The notes under the pieces were generated by a model. That model made no database searches and was not told the origin of the DNA. It was given only the letters and a program-made list of their open reading frames with translations. Below, piece after piece: positions 19,443-27,355 of a stretch of 64,000 nt of DNA. Position 1 is the stretch's first letter. Each line of letters begins with the position of its first letter. Source of the stretch: Cenarchaeum sp. (GTDB lineage: Archaea; Thermoproteota; Nitrososphaeria; Nitrososphaerales; Nitrosopumilaceae); contig CBDESU010000001.1 in assembly GCA_965242695.1 (NCBI GenBank), positions 1,120,001 through 1,184,000 on the forward strand. The letters run 5' to 3'. The translations under genes were made by a program, and so were the position numbers.

Positions 19443-20528
19443 GTGGCAGAACAGGAGTACGAGGAGCTGCTGTACGAGAGGGGTGGGAGGCTGCAGGGCC
19501 TTGCCAGGGCGGCCGACGCGGCGGCCTCTGCGGGCGGCGCGACGATCAGCGTGGCGGTGATCCACTCGCGCAGGTATCCGGCTAGGGAGATATGCGAGTG
19601 GGCCCCGGATGGCAACATGCGCCCCGGCGTGTCCCTCAGGAACGGCAAGGCTGTGCTGACGCTCAACGGAAGGGGCCGGCGGCCCGTCCGCGTCGCGATC
19701 GTGAGGAGCGGCGGGCAGCCCGACGTGTACTATGCTCTGAGCGACTGCCCTCCCGCAGACTTCAAGGCGCGGTTCGTCTCGCTGCTCGACGACCATATCC
19801 CGACGATTTCGAGGGCGCACCTCTCGAACGCAGAGATGCGCAGCATCGTGGGGGCAGCCGCAGGGGGCCGCAACGTCCGGGTCGGGCTCGTGTCGACCCG
19901 CACCCGGCGCTCCGATCCCGAAAAGTGCGACTTGCGCACGGATCGCGTCGACATGACGGCCGGGGAGTTCGCAGGCGCGGGCGACGAGGAGGGCAGCGAG
20001 ATCACGGCCGTGGAGCTGGCCTGCGGGCCGGCCAATGGGGCCGGCGGCGGCGGCGCGGCCGGATCCCCCGGGATGCTGACAGTGACCAGGGACTGCCGCT
20101 TTGAGGCAAGGCGCGGGACGGGCGTCCTGTTCGGCGCCGCGCTCCCGCGTGCCGCAGACCTGGCGGCCGGCAGGGCGGAAAAGCTGCGGGCGATCTCTGG
20201 GACGGCGGGCCGGCGCACTCCCGACTCGCTGATCGTGAGGTTCAAGGGGCGCGTGTTTGCCGACGACAGCAAGAACCGCGCCCGCATCGACGCGATCGGA
20301 TCCATGCCGCTCGTAGGGCTCGTCGACTGGCACAGGGATCCGTTCATACACATAGCGCTGGCAGACTACGGCGACTGCTCGACGTACGGCATCCTGGCGG
20401 TGGCCAGCGACGAGCTCGTGATCATACCCAGGTTCTCTGCAACCGGCGCGTCCATGTCGAGGCTGCTCAACCACGTAATGGAAAAGTTCGGCGACGCTGC
20501 GATCGAAATGCACGACGGTGGATCGTAG
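19443..20528 (+). CDS. Hypothetical protein (gene C), copy 2
   Basis: TTTATAA at ~19414-19420 precedes the GTG; duplicate of 16729-17814 with a period of 2714 bp. Confidence 0.8.
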   Translation: MAEQEYEELLYERGGRLQGLARAADAAASAGGATISVAVIHSRRYPAREICEWAPDGNMRPGVSLRNGKAVLTLNGRGRRPVRVAIVRSGGQPDVYYALSDCPPADFKARFVSLLDDHIPTISRAHLSNAEMRSIVGAAAGGRNVRVGLVSTRTRRSDPEKCDLRTDRVDMTAGEFAGAGDEEGSEITAVELACGPANGAGGGGAAGSPGMLTVTRDCRFEARRGTGVLFGAALPRAADLAAGRAEKLRAISGTAGRRTPDSLIVRFKGRVFADDSKNRARIDAIGSMPLVGLVDWHRDPFIHIALADYGDCSTYGILAVASDELVIIPRFSATGASMSRLLNHVMEKFGDAAIEMHDGGS

Positions 20529-21814
20529 TGGCCGGCATCGATGCGGCGGGCGCCGAAATAGGCGCGTACATGTTTACCGTTGAGGCAATACTCTGCATCG
20601 AGAGGGCCTTTGGGGATCTCGCCGGCGCGAGGCTCCGCCAAGGCCCCAGGATGCGCATGCCGGACGGCTCGGTCGTCACCCCCGACATGACCCTCGAGTC
20701 GAGTCCCGGTCACGGCGGCGCAGGCTACCGCGCAGTCGGCGAGGTCAAGGCGTCGTTCCCGCGGCACGCGGCTGCCGTCGATCAGATGGCCAGACAGGTG
20801 CGGCGCTACGGCGGCTGGCTTGCAGGGTGGGAGGACGAGGCGGCGGGCGGCGGTGGGCGGCTCGGCGACCACGACGTTCTAATCTGCGTCAGGGCCAGGC
20901 ATGCGCCCGACTTTGCCGCCGGACTCCCCGCAGCCCTCGGGAAGGGGGGAGCGGAAATCAAAAGCCCGCTCTCGATCATAGGGATCGAGCGCAGCAGGGC
21001 CAACGGCAGCGGCAAGTTCCACTTGAAGAGACATTCAGGGGCAATATCGCACAAGAGGGCGCACGATGCGCTCGGAAGTGGCTGGTCGATCGACGCGCGC
21101 GCCCTGGCCGACGAACTCGGCGGCACAAAGTTCTACGACTCGAGGCCGCCCCTGCCGTACATCATGTCCGTGCTGTGGATCTACGTGTTCCCCAGCCTCG
21201 TGCACGGCAAAAAGCTCAAAAAGGTCCGCATGAACGCGGAAGTGCGGATCGATGCCGATGTCGACAGGATACACCGCCTGGCATCAAAGCTTGCGCACCC
21301 GTCAAACCCGGGGTGCGTCAAGAGGGCGTGGATATGGGACGCGATGGAGGGGCTCGAGGAGGCCGGCCTGGCAGAAAAGACGGGAGAGGGCAGGTACAGC
21401 ATCCGCTATTCGCCGCTTGAGCCGAGGGCGGCAGGGTGGCTCGCGGGGGCGGCTGCGCGCCGCCGAGGGCGGCCTGGACGGCGCAGGGGGAAGCGCGGAA
21501 TAGCGCATCGCGGCCGGCGGCGGCCAAGGCGCCGCGCTCCGCTCCGGCTGCGCCCGGGCCCCGGAACCTTGATGCGCAGGCCCGCGGGCTGCGCCACAAC
21601 GACCCGCGCGGCGCGCGGCCTCTTCGGGCGTGCCGGGCAAGGCCCGAAGGTCGGATGTAGGGCGGCTGCGCGCCGCCGTGGCCCGTCAAGGCAGGCGGCG
21701 GCGGATCGCAGGGGCGGCTGCGCGGCCCCTCACCCCTCCCCAGCCAAGCCGCAGGGACGCGCGTGGGGCGCGGGGGCGCCCGGCCCGGCGTCAAGCCCCA
21801 GCCACTCCCCGTAA
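20528..21814 (+). CDS. PD-(D/E)xK nuclease-like protein (gene D), copy 2; ancestral stop probably 21503
   Basis: VTPDMTLE...VGEVKAS and a wHTH-like end (AMEGLEEAGLAEKTGEGRYSIRY). A 1-nt insertion near 21458 relative to copy 1 extends the frame past the homologous TAG at 21503. Confidence 0.7.
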   Translation: MAGIDAAGAEIGAYMFTVEAILCIERAFGDLAGARLRQGPRMRMPDGSVVTPDMTLESSPGHGGAGYRAVGEVKASFPRHAAAVDQMARQVRRYGGWLAGWEDEAAGGGGRLGDHDVLICVRARHAPDFAAGLPAALGKGGAEIKSPLSIIGIERSRANGSGKFHLKRHSGAISHKRAHDALGSGWSIDARALADELGGTKFYDSRPPLPYIMSVLWIYVFPSLVHGKKLKKVRMNAEVRIDADVDRIHRLASKLAHPSNPGCVKRAWIWDAMEGLEEAGLAEKTGEGRYSIRYSPLEPRAAGWLAGAAARRRGRPGRRRGKRGIAHRGRRRPRRRAPLRLRPGPGTLMRRPAGCATTTRAARGLFGRAGQGPKVGCRAAARRRGPSRQAAADRRGGCAAPHPSPAKPQGRAWGAGAPGPASSPSHSP

Positions 21815-21847
21815 AGGCACAAAAGGGACCGCGTCGGCGAATGCCGC

Positions 21848-22135
21848 ATGGACAGGATCGCCGGCCCGGGCACCCCGCCCGTGCCCCCTGCCGGCAGGCG
21901 CGCGCCCGGCCCTGCGCAGCCTGCCGGCGCCTCCGGAGGGAGGGGCCGCGCAGGCGCGCGCCGACGACCGGCAGGCAGGCAGCTCCGGCGCACGAGCCGT
22001 GCCGGCCGCGGCGCGCACGAGGCCGAGCGCCTGCGCAGGCGCATCGACGACATAGAGTCTGGCAGGACGAAGATGACATTCTACACCCTTGGCGAGTACA
22101 TGCGCCACCTGGACAGGGTTTGGGGCGGACGGTGA
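21848..22135 (+). CDS. Orphan antitoxin-like small protein (homolog of 26701-27021); start uncertain
   Basis: ERLRRRIDDIESGRTKMTFYTLGEYMRHLDRVW versus ERLRKRIDDIESGRAKMTFYTLDEYMRHLDKIW; no toxin gene downstream. Confidence 0.6.
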   Translation: MDRIAGPGTPPVPPAGRRAPGPAQPAGASGGRGRAGARRRPAGRQLRRTSRAGRGAHEAERLRRRIDDIESGRTKMTFYTLGEYMRHLDRVWGGR

Positions 22136-22219
22136 CTCCGCGCAGTGCCGCCGCGCCAGGCGCGGCGGCGGATCCGAGGGCGGCGGGGGCGCGGCCGCAT
22201 GCCTTGCGCCGATCTTTCC

Positions 22220-22951
22220 CTACGGCATCTTTGCGAGCATGCGGTTCTGCGTCTCCAAGAGGCTGCCCAGCGTGTCGCCGATCTTGATCAGCGCCTCGCC
22301 CATCTGGTTCTGCTTCTCGAGCATCCGGGTCTGGGCCTCAAGCAGCCTGTCCTGCTTCTCGAGCATCTGCCCGATGTCGCCCCTCAGGCCCCCGATGTCG
22401 CCCCTCAGGCCCCCGATGTCGCCCCTCAGATCTCCTATGGCCTCGCGCGTCTTGTCGCCGTTCTCGCGTATGGCATCCCCGATGGCCTCGCGCGTCTTGT
22501 CGCCGTTCTCGCGTATGGCATCCCCGATGGCCTCGCGCGTCTTGTCGCCGTTCTCGCGTATGGCATCCCCGATGGCCTCGCGCGTCTTGTCGCCGTTCTC
22601 GCGTATGGCATCCCCGATGGCCTCGCGCGTCTTGTCGCCGTTCTCGCGTATGGCATCCCCGATGGCCTCGCGCGTCTTGTCGCCGTTCTCGCGTATGGCA
22701 TCCCCGATGGCCTCGCGCGTCTTGTCGCCGTTCTCGCGTATGGCATCCTTGATGTCCTGCGCAATGTCCTGCGTCGTAAAGGACTCGATCGTGCCGGCGA
22801 GTTCTGCCGCGAATAGCCTCAGTCTGACGCCACTGGTGATGACATGCGTCGCAATGGACATGACGATGTCTGCGATCCCTGTCAATATAAGTGCCAAGCC
22901 CGATGTCGACGTGACTTCAGAACGCCATCCGAGGCCCGCGGTGGCCTGCAC
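22220..22951 (-). CDS. Coiled-coil repeat protein, copy 3 (7 x 15-aa repeat, 3 x heptad LRGDIGG/Q)
   Basis: Seven 45-bp repeats at ~22436-22748 encode AIGDAIRENGDKTRE; 21-bp repeats at ~22370-22430; hydrophobic N-terminal segment. Confidence 0.7.
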   Translation of the reverse strand: MQATAGLGWRSEVTSTSGLALILTGIADIVMSIATHVITSGVRLRLFAAELAGTIESFTTQDIAQDIKDAIRENGDKTREAIGDAIRENGDKTREAIGDAIRENGDKTREAIGDAIRENGDKTREAIGDAIRENGDKTREAIGDAIRENGDKTREAIGDAIRENGDKTREAIGDLRGDIGGLRGDIGGLRGDIGQMLEKQDRLLEAQTRMLEKQNQMGEALIKIGDTLGSLLETQNRMLAKMP

Positions 22952-22959
22952 GCATCCTC

Positions 22960-23535
22960 TTACGGCATCTTTGCGAGCATGCGGTTCTGCGTCTCCAAGA
23001 GGCTGCCCAGCGTGTCGCCGATCCTGATCAGCGCCTTGCCCGTCTGGTCATGCTTCTCGAGCATCTGTGTCTGGATCTCGAGCATCCTGTCCTGCTTCTC
23101 GAGCATCTGCCCGATGTCGCCCCTCAGATCCCCTATGGCCTCGCGCGTCTTGTCGCCGTCGTCGCTGATGGCCTTCCCTATGGCCTCGCGCGTCTTGTCG
23201 CCGTCGTCGCTGATGGCCTTGCGCGTCTTGTCGCCGTCGTCGCTGATGGCCTTGCGCGTCTTGTCGCCGTCGTCGCTGATGGCCTTCCCTATGGCCTCGC
23301 GCGTCTTGTCGCCGTTCTCGCGCATGGCATCCTTGATGTCCTGCGCAATGTCCTGCGTCGTAAAGGACTCGATCGTGCCGGCGATTTCTGCCGCGAATAG
23401 CCTCAGTCTGACGCCACTGGTGATGACATGCGTCGCAATGGACATGACGATGTCTGCGATCCCTGTCAATATAAGTGCCAAGCCCGATGTCGACGTGGCT
23501 TCAGAACGCCATCCGAGGCCTGCGGTGGCCTGCGC
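22960..23535 (-). CDS. Coiled-coil repeat protein, copy 2 (mixed 15- and 11-aa repeats); start uncertain (first ATG at 23445)
   Basis: AIGKAISDDGDKTR(E/K) and AISDDGDKTR(K/E) units; same C-terminus GSLLETQNRMLAKMP. Confidence 0.65.
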   Translation of the reverse strand, partial: AQATAGLGWRSEATSTSGLALILTGIADIVMSIATHVITSGVRLRLFAAEIAGTIESFTTQDIAQDIKDAMRENGDKTREAIGKAISDDGDKTRKAISDDGDKTRKAISDDGDKTREAIGKAISDDGDKTREAIGDLRGDIGQMLEKQDRMLEIQTQMLEKHDQTGKALIRIGDTLGSLLETQNRMLAKMP

Positions 23536-23543
23536 GCATCCTC

Positions 23544-24545
23544 TTACGGCATCTTTGCGAGCATGCGGTTCTGCGTCTCCAAGAGGCTGCCCAGCGTGTC
23601 GCCGATCTTTATCAGCGCCTCGCCCATCTGGTTCTGCTTCTCGAGCATCTGTGTCTGGGTCTCGAGCATCCTGTCCTGCTTCTCGAGCATCTGCCCGATG
23701 TCGCCCCTCAGATCCCCTATGGCCTCGCGCGTCTTGTCGCCGTCGTCGCTGATGGCCTTCCCTATGGCCTCGCGCGTCTTGTCGCCGTCGTCGCTGATGG
23801 CCTTCCCTATGGCCTCGCGCGTCTTGTCGCCGTCGTCGCTGATGGCCTTGCGCGTCTTGTCGCCGTCGTCGCTGATGGCCTTCCCTATGGCCTCGCGCGT
23901 CTTGTCGCCGTCGTCGCTGATGGCGTCCCTGATGCCCTGCGAGACATCCTGCGTCGTAAAGGACATGACGATGCCCACGAACCCTATCAATATAAATGCG
24001 ATCCCCTCGCCGATCAGCATGTACCCTAGGCCCGCGTTGATGGGACTCCAGAACAGCACCGGTAGGCCGACGGCGATCATGCAGATGCCCGTCACGGCTA
24101 TCATCAGGTGCACCAGGTTTTGGCGGCGCACGACGGCCTGCCACGTGCTCCTGGGCGGCGTTCCGGCCGGCCCCTCGGCCGCCTTGCCGCCGGCCGGCCC
24201 CTCGGCCGCCTTGCCGCCGGCGGGGCCCTCGGCCGCCTTGCCGCCGGCGGGGCCCTCGGCCGCCTTGCCGCCGGCGGGGCCCTCGGCCGCCTTGCCGCCG
24301 GCGGGGCCCTCGGCCGCCTTGCCGCCGGCGGGGCCCTCGGCCTTGTCGGCCTGGCTATCGGCCGCCTTGCCGCCGGCGGGGCCCTCGGCCTCGTCGGCCT
24401 GGCTATCGGCCGCCTTGCCGCCGGCGGGGCCCTCGGCCTCGTCGGCCTGGCTATCGGCCGCCTTGCCGCCGGCGGGGCCCTCGGCCTCGTCGGCCTGGCT
24501 ATCGGCCGCCTTGCCGCCCGGCCGGCCGTCTTTTTCATCCTTCAA
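23544..24545 (-). CDS. Membrane-anchored coiled-coil repeat protein, copy 1
   Basis: TTG start with a TTATATA box ~25 nt upstream. N-terminal 48-bp (KAADSQADEAEGPAGG x4) and 27-bp (KAAEGPAGG x6) repeats, two TM helices, then the 15/11-aa repeats. Confidence 0.8.
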   Translation of the reverse strand: MKDEKDGRPGGKAADSQADEAEGPAGGKAADSQADEAEGPAGGKAADSQADEAEGPAGGKAADSQADKAEGPAGGKAAEGPAGGKAAEGPAGGKAAEGPAGGKAAEGPAGGKAAEGPAGGKAAEGPAGTPPRSTWQAVVRRQNLVHLMIAVTGICMIAVGLPVLFWSPINAGLGYMLIGEGIAFILIGFVGIVMSFTTQDVSQGIRDAISDDGDKTREAIGKAISDDGDKTRKAISDDGDKTREAIGKAISDDGDKTREAIGKAISDDGDKTREAIGDLRGDIGQMLEKQDRMLETQTQMLEKQNQMGEALIKIGDTLGSLLETQNRMLAKMP

Positions 24546-25046
24546 CGAAGCTACCGTATTTGATTTGTATATAACTTATTGCTGTATCGCGGCGCCTCCG
24601 GGCAAAATTGGGCTCCCAGGACCGGCAGCAGGCCCCCTCCGGTGCGCCGCCCCCAACCGCGGCCTAGCGTTCCGGCACCGGCGCGCCTGGAGGGGCGCAG
24701 GGCGGGCGGCGGCCCTGCAGTACGGAGAGCCCGCGAGGGAGCCGGCGGCGGCCGAAAGTGCGCCCAGACCGCAGCGGCGGGGCCCTGTGGCGGCGGCGGC
24801 GGCCGATCTCGATGCGTCTGCGGCCGTAGAAAAGGCCGCGGCGCCCCCGCGCCCGCAGGACGGCAAGGCGCGGCGCCTGCCACATCCCGCAGGCCGCCGC
24901 GCGGGCGCTGCCGGCCCGGCCGATCCCAGAGGCCGCAGGAGCGCCTGCGGTGGGCCGTGTGTCCGGCGCCCCCTGCGCGCGGCGCGGCCGCGCGCCGCGC
25001 CGAATTCCCCGCATGGGCCGGGCCGCCTTGCGCGGCGCGCTGCCGC

Positions 25047-25544
25047 CTAGCGGCGCGAAGTGGGCCGGCCGGCCTGGGCGCCTTGGCCCGCCGGCCGCGG
25101 AACGGCTCTGCCGCCGGCCCGCCCGCGCCGCGCCCCGCGCACGCGGCGAACCGGGAGCGCCGCCGGCGCCGCGCCGGCCAGAGCAAGCGCCGCGGCGGCG
25201 AGTGCGGCCGCATCAGTCCAGCCGGCATCCTGCCCGTCCACCGCCTGCGCGGCCGCCTGCAGTGCCGCAAGCGGCGGGGCGAGCAAAATGCGCGCCATGT
25301 CGCGGACGGCCGCATTCTCGCGCGCCATGTCAGCCGCGGCGGGCGAGGCCGCATAGTACGCCGAGCTGAGGGCGGCCATGAGCTGGGCGCCGGCTGGCGA
25401 CCCGAGCACGGCGCCGTCGCGCAGCTCGCGCAGCGCCTGCACCTGCGGGGCAAGCTCGGTCCCGTACGCGGCCGTCGCGATCAGGCAGCCGCCCTGCGCC
25501 ATCTCTCGCTCAAGGACAGGCGCGGCCTGGCTGGACAGGGCCAC
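25047..25544 (-). pseudogene. Stand-alone CFI-box-CTERM tail; duplicate of the 3' end of the giant gene
   Basis: GGCLIATAAYGTELAPQVQALRELRD...TM helix + basic tail; ~25030-25490 is a near-identical direct repeat of ~27340-27800. Confidence 0.7.
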
Positions 25545-26057
25545 CTACGCCGCCGGCGGCCGCCCTGCGCAATCCCGAGCCTCCACGTCGTATAGGGGGC
25601 GCCCCATCGGGCGTCAGTACGCCTCCAGCGGCCGCGCCTGCGCCATCCAGAGCCTGTCGGAGGCGTTCATCGCGATGCGGACGCCTCCGCCGCCGCCGCC
25701 TCCAGCGGCCGCGCCTGCGCCATCCGCACCGCCGCCGCCGGCTGCGGGGGCGCATCCGCAAGCGGCTCCCCGTCCGCGGCCACCCTGCCTACCCCCCTTG
25801 GAACGGACCGCCGCCGCGCGCCCCTGTACGCCGGGCAGGGCGCGTGGGAGGGCGTGGCCCGGCAGGACGGCGGTACCGCAGGAGTCGGAGGCACCGTGCC
25901 GGACAGTCCACGCCGCACGACGACAGGCAGGCGTCGACGAAGGGTGGCATGCCAAGCCGCCGTCACCACCCATCCTCAGCCTGCCGGTGCCGCATCGCCC
26001 CTTCTACGCCCTTCGCGCCAGTGAAGGTATATAAGCCACCACATCGGCGCAGAGAGC

Positions 26058-26708
26058 GTGAACGGGATTGCCAGTCCTGGCATCGCACTGACGTTCCAGT
26101 CCAGCTACCGGACGTTCAGCCCCGCGCAGTTTGTCGCCGCCTTCAGCGGAAAGGGGTTTACCGAGACCCATGTCAGCGCCCAGATATCCATCAACCCCGG
26201 CGCGCAGCCCGTGCCGACCACCATGTACTCCAAGGGCAGCCTGCTTGTCTTCCTAAACGACGGCGAGCATACCGTCCAGTTCCACATACTGAACACGCTG
26301 AGTGCAAAGGATCATATGGGCGATGTCATGGACATTCTGGGATCTCTCAATTTCGGGCCCCCGTCAATCGCAAATATGATGGTCGGGGTTACGGCCACCG
26401 TCAAGACCGACCAGTCGCCGGTTTCCGGGCTGACGGGCCTTGTAGAGCGGCGGCTTGTCGACCGAATCCAGAAGGTGCACGGGGAGAACGGCAGCGTCGC
26501 AGTGACGTCGATACGGCTTGGCCTGGTTCGCAGCCGCGACGAGTCCCTAACAGTCACTGTCGAGCCTTTTGGGAACGACCCCGAGGGATCCTACTACGTC
26601 GACGTCAGATATGCGACCAAGACGGTCGACAAGTTCAACATCTTTATGGAAAAAATCGGCGAAGAGATGTTTCACGATATAGTCGCAGGGGTGAAAAACA
26701 GTGGCTGA
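26058..26708 (+). CDS. Hypothetical protein (216 aa)
   Basis: TATATAA box at ~26028-26034; globular alpha/beta composition; lower GC than the flanks. Confidence 0.8.
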   Translation: MNGIASPGIALTFQSSYRTFSPAQFVAAFSGKGFTETHVSAQISINPGAQPVPTTMYSKGSLLVFLNDGEHTVQFHILNTLSAKDHMGDVMDILGSLNFGPPSIANMMVGVTATVKTDQSPVSGLTGLVERRLVDRIQKVHGENGSVAVTSIRLGLVRSRDESLTVTVEPFGNDPEGSYYVDVRYATKTVDKFNIFMEKIGEEMFHDIVAGVKNSG

Positions 26709-27021
26709 GACGGCTGCCTTGGAGGGCTGCGGGGGGAGCCCTGCCCGGCCCGCGCCCTGCCACTATGATGCTGCGCGCGATCTGTTTTTCCGCTGCATCG
26801 AGGAGCGCCTCTACGGCGCGGCGGACAACAGCATGCGGCGGCAGAGCCCCGTCTTCCCCAACCCCCCAATCAGGATGCCCGCCGACGGCGACGGCGACGA
26901 TGCTCTCGCCGTAGAGCGCCTGCGGAAGCGCATCGACGACATAGAATCGGGCAGGGCCAAGATGACGTTTTATACCCTTGACGAGTACATGCGCCACTTG
27001 GACAAAATTTGGAGTGGCTAG
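26701..27021 (+). CDS. Putative type II antitoxin (true start may be ATG 26875)
   Basis: Small protein overlapping a RelE-like toxin gene; C-terminal IDDIESGRAKMTFYTLDEY is typical of RelE-associated antitoxins. Confidence 0.6.
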   Translation: MAETAALEGCGGSPARPAPCHYDAARDLFFRCIEERLYGAADNSMRRQSPVFPNPPIRMPADGDGDDALAVERLRKRIDDIESGRAKMTFYTLDEYMRHLDKIWSG

Positions 27022-27302
27022 GGATCTTGTGGGAAATCGGCGTTGATAAGGTCATCTTGAGGAAACTGGCCAAGCTCGATTCGAACAGCGCGGCCGCCAA
27101 GGGATACCGAGAGGCGGTAGCGAACCTGGCACAAGCCAACGACCCTGCAAGGCTAGGCGAGTGCAAGCACGGGCCGCTGCGCCACCTGCACAGCTACAGG
27201 ATAACAAGGTCGCTCCGCCTGCTGTACTCTATAGACCGCCGCAGGAACGCAATCGTCCTGGTCGATCTTGACGATCGCAAGAATGTCTACGGCAGGGACT
27301 GA
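27009..27302 (+). CDS. RelE/ParE-superfamily toxin
   Basis: 97 aa, basic; DPARLGECKHGPLRHLHSYRITRSLRLLYSID...DDRKNVY fits the RelE pattern. Confidence 0.8.
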   Translation: MEWLGILWEIGVDKVILRKLAKLDSNSAAAKGYREAVANLAQANDPARLGECKHGPLRHLHSYRITRSLRLLYSIDRRRNAIVLVDLDDRKNVYGRD

Positions 27303-27355
27303 TCGGTGGCCGCTTTTTGCGCGCGGCTCAGCAGAGCATCGCGGCGCGCCGCCGC

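Noticed and set aside
17598-20406. Variable patch between duplicates as a DGR template/variable repeat pair
   Set aside because: Substitutions are not adenine-specific and there is no reverse transcriptase in the window.
22370-24520. 45/33/27/48-bp repeats as a CRISPR array or iterons
   Set aside because: Head-to-tail with no unique spacers, all multiples of three, and protein-coding.
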